From NCBI GenBank assembly GCA_009787085.1, contig WRGR01000045.1, positions 64,075 to 128,074 on the forward strand: a DNA stretch of 64,000 nt. The letters are read 5' to 3'. Source of the stretch: Actinomycetes bacterium (GTDB taxonomy: Bacteria; Actinomycetota; Coriobacteriia; Coriobacteriales; UBA8131). Below the pieces are notes generated by a model that was not told the DNA's origin, made no database searches, and saw only the letters and a list, made by a program, of their open reading frames with translations. The translations under genes and the position numbers were made by a program. Below are positions 17,884 through 27,200 of the stretch, piece by piece. How positions within the stretch are numbered: the stretch's first letter is position 1; every line of letters starts with the position of its first letter.

Positions 17884-19008
17884 TTATCCTATACCCATCA
17901 GCTCAAAGGAAAGCAGCAGGTACCATTGAGATGGGATGTTCTCGTAATCGATTTGGATCAATTGCTTGATGCGGTCCAGCCGATAAGCCAAGGTGCTACG
18001 ATGGATAAAGAGCTCGTTAGCAGTACGGGTATAGTTGATGTTGTTCTTCAGTAGACTGCAAAGGGTATTGCAAAGCTCGCTGCCGTGCTGCTGATCGTAC
18101 TTTATCAAGGTTATTACATCAGGATCGCAAATCAAGTGAGCCGGCAGCCTTTCAGTACAAAGATCCAAAAGCATCGGTCGGACTACATTTTGAAAGCTGT
18201 GGCGGCAGGCTGTCGGCTGGATCTTACTGCCAACTAATAAGGCCAGTTCAGCCTGCGTATAATAGTAACGGAAGGCTTCAAACCCCGAAAACCAGTTGGA
18301 CATCCCCGCCTTGATCGAATTGTCCTGCAAAAACTGGTTAAAAACATTATCAAAATCCGCTTCATCGCCGGTAAAGATATCGAGGTTGACGAAGGAGACA
18401 ACATTGCCTTCATAAACAAACGTGCCATCCTGTGCAAACAGCGAAACAATGCGCTCACTGATAAAACGCAGGGGATGTTCGTTGCGATTCAATGGATCGA
18501 CATGCAATTTCAAGCACCGGTAATGGTGGCTGGACAGCCAACCATGGGGATGCAGGGCACTTTCCAAATTGTAATGGGTCAACGATTGGTCAGTCATATA
18601 GCAGCTGATGGTTCGGGAAAGGCTAAGACCCTGTAGGGCGTACTCGGGCAGTGCAACGCTGGTTTGGCCAATCATACTGTACTCAGCAAAGATTTCCTGT
18701 ATCCGGTTATGGATTTTTCCGAACGGTGCATCGCTGGCAAACGACAATACCGCGTTGAAGTGTTTTGCAAATTCATCGGGCAGCGAGCCTATGACCAGCA
18801 CAGTGGAGTCATAGTTGCCTTTGGGGGTCTCGACCACCTGATTGGCCTGGACTAAGTAAAGGCAGGAGTCGACCCATTCCATCTGCTCCTCTGCCAATAA
18901 AAGAACAGAGAGGCCAAGCTGGCTACTGGGCTGGCCGACAAGCTCGAACTTGAACTCCTCGCGCAGCCTTTCCACTATCGTAGCGGCACTGATTTGCATG
19001 GGCATCAC
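17884..19008 (-). CDS. PucR/CdaR-family transcriptional regulator
   Basis: C-terminal PucR-type HTH NYTRTANELFIHRSTLAYRLDRIKQL. It is the last gene on the acs-operon strand. Confidence 0.8.
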   Translation of the reverse strand: MMPMQISAATIVERLREEFKFELVGQPSSQLGLSVLLLAEEQMEWVDSCLYLVQANQVVETPKGNYDSTVLVIGSLPDEFAKHFNAVLSFASDAPFGKIHNRIQEIFAEYSMIGQTSVALPEYALQGLSLSRTISCYMTDQSLTHYNLESALHPHGWLSSHHYRCLKLHVDPLNRNEHPLRFISERIVSLFAQDGTFVYEGNVVSFVNLDIFTGDEADFDNVFNQFLQDNSIKAGMSNWFSGFEAFRYYYTQAELALLVGSKIQPTACRHSFQNVVRPMLLDLCTERLPAHLICDPDVITLIKYDQQHGSELCNTLCSLLKNNINYTRTANELFIHRSTLAYRLDRIKQLIQIDYENIPSQWYLLLSFELMGIG

Positions 19009-19057
19009 CTCTTAACGCCGCTCCCGAATAGAGCCGCTCCGGGGAAGCGCCGATCAA

Positions 19058-19753
19058 TCAGCTCACTTGCTTCCGACAGTACATCAGGTGGTCAACGAGA
19101 ATACCGCCGGCTACAGCCAAGTCCTCAGCGCTAAAGGCAAATTGTAAACTGGAGTCAAAGAGCAGCACCACCGAAGCCGGGAACTCATCGTCCTCGCGCC
19201 AAAATCGTAGGCTGACCGGTAGTCCATCCAAGAGGTCAAAGCGATAGCCCAAATCACAATTGTCGTCCAAAAGTTCGCCTTGAAAACCGTTGTTGCCCTC
19301 CATAATAGCCCGTAAGCTCTCCAAGTCTTTGGAGAAGCCCTTGATCAAACGACGGCTAACCCGGCCGTTGAAGCACTGTTCATAAGTGTTAGCGCTGGGC
19401 ATATCCCGATAATGCCATTCCTTTCCGGTAGCTGGGGCAAACTGTCCCTCGCAAAGATAGCGGATCACCAAAATACGCTCGTAGTCATTACCGTCAGGAT
19501 GTCCACCGATGCTGGTCATTGTGAAGTCCGGCCAACTAGCCCGATAACCAAACCCGGCCAAGGTAAAGCAAAATTCGCGGCTGTCCGAATCGTAGCGCAA
19601 ATTAGTGCGCTCAGACATAACCAGGGGGTCAAGGCTCTGGTAGATAGGGAGATAGTATTTGAGCGCATTAGTCGTGAGATTCTGCTGCCCCGGAACAAGG
19701 TTGTAGACTCCCTTTGACTCCAAACCGCTAGCGCTGCCATTTGCAACAATCAT
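19058..19753 (-). CDS. DUF3786-like protein (paralogue 2, the most divergent)
   Basis: Shares LPVSLRFWREDDEFPASVVLLFDSSLQFAFSAEDLAV with the other two copies. Confidence 0.65.
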   Translation of the reverse strand: MIVANGSASGLESKGVYNLVPGQQNLTTNALKYYLPIYQSLDPLVMSERTNLRYDSDSREFCFTLAGFGYRASWPDFTMTSIGGHPDGNDYERILVIRYLCEGQFAPATGKEWHYRDMPSANTYEQCFNGRVSRRLIKGFSKDLESLRAIMEGNNGFQGELLDDNCDLGYRFDLLDGLPVSLRFWREDDEFPASVVLLFDSSLQFAFSAEDLAVAGGILVDHLMYCRKQVS

Positions 19754-19818
19754 AAGATTTCCTCAATTCGATACTATACCGTTTACACTGTCCCCTTTGA
19801 TGTGGGATGAGATGCTGT

Positions 19819-20442
19819 TTACCGCTCAGCCTTCTGTTGTTGGATTATCTCACATAAGCCCCGGCCGAGGCTGGTAGAGAGGAAGGCCAAACACTCGAAG
19901 TCCATGTAAAACGGCGCAGTCTCATCGTACTGCACCTGCACTTCAGCAGGAAATTCTTCATCTGGCTCAAAATATAACAGGCGCATTGGCATTTTCGGGA
20001 AAACAAGAAACTGCCAACTGTGGCCGCTCATCAGCTTGCCCTCATAGGTGCCGCCCATTGCCTCAGCAGCCGCCGCAAACACATCGTATTTGCCCTTTGA
20101 CTCCCGAAGCAGGGCATCACAGATGAACCAGTTCTCATCGTCATGACCTTCCATCACGCCAGACAAGCGCCCGATGGGCACAAAGCTTAGCTTAGGCTCA
20201 ATGCCACCCTCGGAAAGGATGTAGTGGATCACTAAGCTGCGGTCGTTGATGTGTACCGGATCACGCCCGTCGACCTGTTCAACGCCCTGATTGGTTATCA
20301 GATAGCGATGTGTCAAGAAATTTATCGACACACTGCCATCGTCATTGGTGTTCAAGCCAAGGTTTTTAGCATGGCCGACAATGTCGCAAGTAGCGAGCTG
20401 GGGCAAAAGACCAATGTATATTTGCTCATAGCCAGTGGGCAT
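19819..20442 (-). CDS. DUF3786-like protein (paralogue 3)
   Basis: FPKMPMRLLYFEPDEEFPAEVQVQYDETAPFYMDFECLAF. The N-terminus YEQIYIGLLPQLATCDIVGHAKNLGL parallels paralogue 1 (YEKNYESLRSWLADLDVEAVYQRLGL). Confidence 0.7.
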   Translation of the reverse strand: MPTGYEQIYIGLLPQLATCDIVGHAKNLGLNTNDDGSVSINFLTHRYLITNQGVEQVDGRDPVHINDRSLVIHYILSEGGIEPKLSFVPIGRLSGVMEGHDDENWFICDALLRESKGKYDVFAAAAEAMGGTYEGKLMSGHSWQFLVFPKMPMRLLYFEPDEEFPAEVQVQYDETAPFYMDFECLAFLSTSLGRGLCEIIQQQKAER

Positions 20443-20458
20443 TGCTTGATCCTCTCTC

Positions 20459-20650
20459 TTATCCTTCTACCACTGCCGCATGATACTCACACATACCAGC
20501 ACAATCGCCGCAGCCACTGCATTTGTAGGAGTCAATCCAAGGTTTGTCAGATGGCTCTTCCCTGATGACTGCATACTTCGAACACTCCTCTTGCACCCTA
20601 CAAGACAGGCAATTGGCACAGAGCTTAGGATCAATATACACTGTCCTCAT
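20459..20650 (-). CDS. Small 2x[4Fe-4S]-type ferredoxin
   Basis: 63 aa with cysteine motifs CANCLSCRVQEEC and CSGCGDCAGMC. Confidence 0.8.
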   Translation of the reverse strand: MRTVYIDPKLCANCLSCRVQEECSKYAVIREEPSDKPWIDSYKCSGCGDCAGMCEYHAAVVEG

Positions 20651-20934
20651 TTGTAGGCTTGTGCCTTAGCAGCTTTTATCTTCTCTTCTGCGTTCTCCCT
20701 GCTAGCAGTCATCAACCTTTCATACATCTCTTCACCCAAACATTCCTTTGCCATCTTGCACCAGTTAATGCAAGAGATGACATCGTTAAAAACTACGAAC
20801 CCACAACTGGTGCAGGCCAGCTCGATATCGGTAGAAAACAACTGCACTTCCGCACCACACTCCGGGCAGGTCTTGACTTCAAGAGTCGGTGTGCCTGTGA
20901 AGTTGGCGGCTCCTGGACATCCGTTAATAGCCAT
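20647..20934 (-). CDS. Cys-rich small protein with a zinc-ribbon-like core (unknown family)
   Basis: 95 aa with motifs GCPGAANF, CPECG...CTSCG and CINWCKMAKEC. GAGGAAG lies 9 nt upstream of the ATG. Its stop overlaps the ferredoxin start (ATGA). Confidence 0.55.
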   Translation of the reverse strand: MAINGCPGAANFTGTPTLEVKTCPECGAEVQLFSTDIELACTSCGFVVFNDVISCINWCKMAKECLGEEMYERLMTASRENAEEKIKAAKAQAYK

Positions 20935-20989
20935 CTGCGATCACTTCCTCACTTCACGATAACCGGCTAACAATTCCGGGCTTGACTAG

Positions 20990-22909
20990 TTATCGTATTG
21001 TCTCAAACAATGAGGCATCAGTATGTGGTAAAAACAACGCAGCGCTATATTGATCCATATAACCCAGTTCAGTGGATAGATCCAAATAGGTCATCCGGTG
21101 GGCAACCTCGAAAAGAAGCTGCCGATGCCGTGCCGAAATCAATGCCATATGAGCACCACTAACCGAAGTGTTGCCAATGAAATGCACTTTGTCATGGATC
21201 AATTTCGGCAACAAACCGATAGCCATGGCATCGTCACTGTCCAGATAGCGGCCAAAACCGCCGGCAATCATCATCCCGGAAAGATCCTCAAATCCCAGCC
21301 CGACGTTTTGCAGAAGTAGATACATGGCAGAGAAAATCGCTGCTTTGGCGCGGATGATGTTTTGGATATCGTTCTCAGAAACCGCCACCCGCATATTCTC
21401 AGCGGGCTCAATTACATAGGTGGCGCTACGGCCATTGATCTCAATGGCCTTGCAAGGACGTTCGCGCTCCAACTGGCCAGCAAAGTCAATCCAGCCGCTA
21501 CGCAGCAGGTTGGCCACCAATGAGATCATGCCAGAGCCGCAGATGCCTTTAGGGGTTTGACCACCGATCACCGAATAAGTAGCCTCACCAGTCTCCGGGT
21601 CCACCGACACCCGCTCGATGGCACCCAAGGATGCTCGCATGCCCTGGTTGATGCCACCGCCCTCAAAAGCCGGTCCGGCCGAACAGGCGCATCCCATCAG
21701 AAAGTCACCATTGCCTAAGACCAGCTCGCCATTGGTACCGATATCCAAGAACAGATAGATATCGTCAGTGTTTTTAGAGAGGTCGGTGCAGAGTAGACCG
21801 GAGATGATGTCGCCACCCAGATAACTGCCTACCGAAGGCACGATCAATATCGGTGCCGCCGGGCAGATGTCAATACCCAAGTCCGCAGCAGTATACAGTG
21901 GCACCTCATAGACTGTTGGCACATAGGGATCGAGGCGAATGTATTCCGGTGGTACCCCCAACAGCAAATGCACCATGGTTGTGTTGGCAGCAACGGTCAT
22001 GTCATAGATACGCGCCGCCTGACCGCCAACTTCCTCCAACAATTCTTGAAGCAAATGATTGATGGTCTTAACAACCTTACTGCGCAGCTCTTCTAGACGA
22101 TCAGGTTTTTGAGCATAGTTGATACGGCTGATCACATCTAGGCCACATGCGATCTGGCCGTTGTAGTCTGTTTTCGATGCCACTATCCGTCCAGAAGTCA
22201 AATCGACCAGCTGTAGAGCCACTGTAGTGGTGCCGATATCCAAGGCAATGCCGAGACGCGCCGGAGCAGAAGCCTCATCAGAGGCTGATTTGGCCGGCAG
22301 CACGTCCACCACCCGAACCAAGGAACCCACAATGTGATAAGCAACTCGCAGTGCCTCATCTTCCCGAATCACTTCCGGAAGATCGCGCAAGAGCGCCAGC
22401 GGCAAATCAACATCCAACGAGCTGCCACTATCTAGGGCAGAGTCCAACGCCCCTCGCAAAGCAATAACAAAGCGGTCGTAGTCCGACCGACCGTCGCCGG
22501 CAACCGGCTGGACGGGCGTGATCTCAATCAAGCCAACCAAGGGCTGCAGATCGTCTTTGCTAGGCAAAAGTGCCGGGTCAACCAACATAATGTCTTCTGA
22601 TTGCTCGGAGAATACGCCTTTTTCGTTCTCTACATTAGAGAGCAAACGAACACGCACTTGCGTTGGATCGCTGAGCAGTGTCTTGCAAGCCAGCGCATAG
22701 CCTTCATCCAACATGTCCTTTTCCAGAAGGGGGTTATCCTCGCGGATAACCCCTCCTGAAAGCACCTGAACGATGCACTTCTTGCATATGCCCTTGCCAC
22801 CGCAAGGTATTTCCACCGCTAATCCTGCTTTGCGCGCCGCATCGAGAATGCTCTCGTTTACTTCGGCTTCAACCGTTACTCCGCTCGGCAAGAATGTAAC
22901 CGATGGCAC
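20990..22909 (-). CDS. acsV: Reductive activator of the corrinoid Fe-S protein (RACo/AcsV-like)
   Basis: N-terminal 2Fe-2S ferredoxin module (VEIPCGGKGICKKC) plus an ASKHA-type ATPase body (LGIALDIGTTTVALQ, FLDIGTNGELV). 639 aa, as in RACo. Confidence 0.85.
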   Translation of the reverse strand: MPSVTFLPSGVTVEAEVNESILDAARKAGLAVEIPCGGKGICKKCIVQVLSGGVIREDNPLLEKDMLDEGYALACKTLLSDPTQVRVRLLSNVENEKGVFSEQSEDIMLVDPALLPSKDDLQPLVGLIEITPVQPVAGDGRSDYDRFVIALRGALDSALDSGSSLDVDLPLALLRDLPEVIREDEALRVAYHIVGSLVRVVDVLPAKSASDEASAPARLGIALDIGTTTVALQLVDLTSGRIVASKTDYNGQIACGLDVISRINYAQKPDRLEELRSKVVKTINHLLQELLEEVGGQAARIYDMTVAANTTMVHLLLGVPPEYIRLDPYVPTVYEVPLYTAADLGIDICPAAPILIVPSVGSYLGGDIISGLLCTDLSKNTDDIYLFLDIGTNGELVLGNGDFLMGCACSAGPAFEGGGINQGMRASLGAIERVSVDPETGEATYSVIGGQTPKGICGSGMISLVANLLRSGWIDFAGQLERERPCKAIEINGRSATYVIEPAENMRVAVSENDIQNIIRAKAAIFSAMYLLLQNVGLGFEDLSGMMIAGGFGRYLDSDDAMAIGLLPKLIHDKVHFIGNTSVSGAHMALISARHRQLLFEVAHRMTYLDLSTELGYMDQYSAALFLPHTDASLFETIR

Positions 22910-22939
22910 TAAAACCTCCTTACTGATGACAGCGAGTGT

Positions 22940-24265
22940 TTACTTGGAGAGCACTGCCTTGACATAACTCTCAATGTCGCCGGCCTCTTGTGGGCCGATC
23001 AGCACTTTCCAGCCAGGCATAGCCTCTTCCAGCTCACCGCTGATCTGCGCAACATAGCCAGGGATGATGATCTCCCGTGTCTTGACTTGACCCTCCAAGT
23101 CAAAGGCTTGAGCGGCCTTGCCGATTTGCGCACCACCGAACTTACCGGCTGCCCAAGCAGTGAGAACTGACATGCCCTCACATTCTGGCAGCAGCAACCA
23201 AGCGCTAAGGCCGGCATTCTCGATTTCACCAGAAACGATGAAGTAGGTCAGCGAGAAGTTGGTGGTCACGAAGACCGGTGAATTCTCATCCGGATCCCCG
23301 ATCGGATAGACCTTCGGCTCTACCTGAATCGGCTTCTGCGGATCAGTGAAGATGTTCTGACGCAGGGTCATCAGGCAGACCAGCTGGGCAAGATCAAAGG
23401 TGGGCAGCACGACAACGCCACCGTACTTGTCAATCTCCAAGTTGGCCAGCATTGTGTCTTGCAGTATGTCACCACTGTCAATGAAGGTCAGCGTGGGATA
23501 GCCAACATCCTTGTTGCCGTCTTTCAACGCCGTACGGCGAATGATGGTGTTGAATTGCAGCCGCTGGGCAGCAGTTTTCCCACCAAGGTCAAGCAACAGG
23601 TTACCAAAACCGTCGGCCTTGAACTTTTTGGCCAAGTTGATAACATCGTCCAAACTGTCGCCGCTGACAGCCATGGTCAAACCATTGGCTTCTGCCAAGC
23701 CAAGCATCTGCGGTGCATTAGCAGCATTGACTCCGGCCAGGATGCTTTTGGTGTCCTTGACGGCAGCTGCTGCTGCCTCAGCAGCATTGGGGTTAGCGGC
23801 ATTGATAATAACCGCCTTGCCAGTGACTTCGGCAGCCTTTTTGACCAAGGCTGCAAAGGCATTGTCGTCGTCGGATTTCTGGGTGACAGCGATCGCCTCG
23901 ATGAGCAGCAGCTCACCAACCCGAATCAGCTCATAGTCCTTGACTGCTTGGATGGTTTTTTCCGCATCCGGGTCGTTGTCGTTGACGTTCACCGCAATGA
24001 TCGTTTGGTTGATGAAGGTCTTATCGTGACGATAAAGAACAGTCTCGCCACCAATCTTGAAATCGCCGACCTCGATCGTCTTTACTGGCGGCTCACTATC
24101 GGCACCGAGAATCTCCTTGGCCTCATCGGAGGCGTAAGGGCACTCCGCCAGACTGGCTTTCTTAGAAGCCAGCTTCATCGCGAAAGCAAGGCAGGTGTCA
24201 GAACCGCACTCCTTGCAGTTCGTTTTGGGCAACAGCTTTTGTATTTGAAGTCCACTTAATGCCAT
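22940..24265 (-). CDS. acsC: Corrinoid iron-sulfur protein large subunit
   Basis: N-terminal Fe-S motif LPKTNCKECGSDTCLAFAMKLA. The ATG at 24265 lies 8 nt after AGGAGG. The longer 24328 start would overlap the upstream gene. Confidence 0.9.
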   Translation of the reverse strand: MALSGLQIQKLLPKTNCKECGSDTCLAFAMKLASKKASLAECPYASDEAKEILGADSEPPVKTIEVGDFKIGGETVLYRHDKTFINQTIIAVNVNDNDPDAEKTIQAVKDYELIRVGELLLIEAIAVTQKSDDDNAFAALVKKAAEVTGKAVIINAANPNAAEAAAAAVKDTKSILAGVNAANAPQMLGLAEANGLTMAVSGDSLDDVINLAKKFKADGFGNLLLDLGGKTAAQRLQFNTIIRRTALKDGNKDVGYPTLTFIDSGDILQDTMLANLEIDKYGGVVVLPTFDLAQLVCLMTLRQNIFTDPQKPIQVEPKVYPIGDPDENSPVFVTTNFSLTYFIVSGEIENAGLSAWLLLPECEGMSVLTAWAAGKFGGAQIGKAAQAFDLEGQVKTREIIIPGYVAQISGELEEAMPGWKVLIGPQEAGDIESYVKAVLSK

Positions 24266-24281
24266 GACAACTATCCTCCTA

Positions 24282-27200
24282 TTACGCGTTCTGTTGATCG
24301 AGCATTTCGAATATTGCATTCTTGGCAACCTTGGCTGCCTCCGGATGGTACATCACCAAGATGTCGCCACCGGCTTGCAAGAGCGTCATCGCAGTGGTTA
24401 ACTCCCACATCGCAGAGCGCTTCTTGACATCGCCCCAAAGCGGGTAATCCGCCTCGGGAGCTTTGAACTCCTTGCACTTGGCACTCTCAAAGCCAGCCGT
24501 GACGATCATCGGTGCGCAAAGCATCTGGTCACCGCCAAGGCCGGTCAAACGGATACGCTCCATGACCGAATAGGTGTACTCAACACCGTAGCCGATTGAG
24601 CTGGACAGAGGATCCATGATGATCCGGTTCTGAGGCAAGCCCATGTTAGTAAGCAGAATGGCCATCTGCTTGCTGATGTTCACATCGATGGGTGCTTGGG
24701 AGACGAGCGAATGGCCATAAGCCATGGCAGCACCGGCGATGGTACGGTAGTTGTCCTGCTCAACCCAGTTCAACAACAGGTTCTCACCTTCGAAGCTCTG
24801 GGCGATAGCCTTGAACACCTCGTTGTTGGAATCAAAATGGCTGGTTCCAGTAACAATCAGGGGTACATCCACAGCCTTCAGAACCTCACCGACGAGATCC
24901 ACGGACTGCTGCGGGCTGCGGTTGCCTTTCTCAGGATGCGTGGCATCCAAGCGCACGGAGATCATGTCAGCGCCATACTTCTCCACACAGGCAGCAGCCA
25001 TAGCAGCCGGATCATTAACCAAATCTCCGTAAACCTCACGTAGAATCTCCGGGTACTTATCGGAAACCTCGTCGAAGACCTCCATGGCTAGCAGCGGTCG
25101 ATTGGGCATCTTGCCCTCGAAGAGCTGGAAGGGCATGCAGTTGTGGCCACCAACGGTATAGGTCTTGGCACGGGTGCCGCCTTCCTCCTTGGTTGCACCA
25201 AGCTTGACTTCCCAAATCTCATTCTCACAGACCTCTTTGTTCACCGGGAACGATGTGACTTCGGCGATCAGGTCAGCCGCCTTGGGCTGCGCACTGACGG
25301 AAACCGATGCACCAGCAGCAGCTGTACCGCCGGCTTCACCTAGGGACACGGACTTACCCAAGAACTTCTGGGAAAGAACCTCGATGATCGAGGCTACAAC
25401 GTCCTCAGTGACCGACGAGCGCACCTCGGTGGCCATCTGCTCACGCAGGGCCTCCATATCCGCACCGCTGAGCTCAGTTGTAGTGCCAGCGGCAGCGGCG
25501 GCAGTCTCGACCTCGGCAGCCTTCTCAGTCTTGTGCACAGCCGGAGTGTCGTCTTCTTTCTGCATGTACTCGGTCATGTCGTCCATCTCCAGAGCCGGAT
25601 GGTTGACCTTCTCCATAAAGGCACGCAGCTCCTCGGCAGTGGTGGCGATGGTCTCGTCAGCGATCTTGTCGAACATGTCCGCAACACCCTGCTCATCCAA
25701 GCGCTTCTTCATATCCTCGGCGATCGACTCTTTAAGCTCCTTGGGCATCCAAGCCAAGCGACGGAAGCCGCCCTCTGCCGAGCAGAATTTACGAGAGGTC
25801 AAGAAGACCTTGCCGATGCCGACAAAGCCCGGTGTCTGCATACCGCCGCCGACGTTACCGGCCAGTGATGAGAAGGTCATGCCGCAAGGCGTGTCGCCCA
25901 AAAACTCGCGGTTGACAACCATCACGCCGTTGACCTCCGGCACATAAGCCACGATCGCCTCAAAGCAACCGCAACTGGTCATCGGCCGATCCATGATGGA
26001 ATAGGCACAAAACTCCTCGATCGCTTTATGGCTGCTGGTGTAGACAAACTCGTTGATGCCTTCCCAGACGCCTTTGGACTCATCAAGACAAGTACCCTTG
26101 GCGATCGGTTGGTTGGGGCCGGTGGGGTCGATCTCGTGGGCGGCCTTGCCATCCAGCCAGTTATAGGCACCGCAGAGGCCAAGGCGCTCCGGTGTGATAA
26201 CACAAACGTGGTTCGGGGCAAAGCTCTGGCAGAGCAAGCAGGAGTAGAAGATGTCCACAGAGTCGTCAGTCATAGCCTCCAAGCGGCGGTTGCGCTCGTC
26301 ATAGACTTTGCGAGCAACAGCTTGGCGCTTCTCCACTTCCTCGGCATCGGTTACCAAGGTCACCTTGACCTTGTCGACGATGGCCGGGTAGTCGGCCAGC
26401 AGCTTGGCATGCAGGATCTCGCCGTAGTGGCGCATCCGCAAACCCTTGTTGTAGCCGTCCTTGGAAACACGGGTCCAAACGATGTCGCGCTGACCCATGT
26501 GCCAAATGCCCTCAGCACCGTTCACCATGTGGTGCACTTGACGCTCGAGGATCGGCTCGAAATCGACCTGCATCTTGCGACCGGCAGCCTCGACCCAGAT
26601 CGCCAAGGGCAATGCCGTACCCGGCTCGACCTCGTCGATATCCGGGCCGATCAGCTCGATCTCACCGTCCTCGATGTCTTCTGGCTCGACCATGGTGACA
26701 AACTCGAAGGCCGAGGTCTTGTTGCCGCCGAATTCGACCTGGGTGTCTTCCTTGCGGATCCGCTCGCCCTCGAAGGCCGGGCCGTAGGCCACTGGCACAG
26801 GAACGTCAACGATCTTGATCTTGCAGCCTCTGACATCCAGAGCCTTCTCCACGATGGTTTCCAGCGGCACGTTGGCAACAACATGCTCGTAGGTACAAAC
26901 GCCCGTAGGCAGGATCTCCGGAATGTTAGTGTCGGCGATGGTCGGGAAGCCGTAGTTGATGGCACCAGCAGCGGCGGCATATTTGTCCGGCGTAACCTCG
27001 CCCAACGCCAAGACAAAGGCGAAGATGCGGTCCTTGTTGTATTTCAGATGTGCCTCGAAGTCACCGGGTTTGACACCGCCGAAGGACATTGCGGCGCGGC
27101 TGGCGAAGCCGAGTGCGTAGATCAGGGCGGAGACATCGCTGCCGAAGGGCACCAAGCGGGTCTCCCAACCCAGCTGGACACCTTCTTCTTCCAGTTGCTC

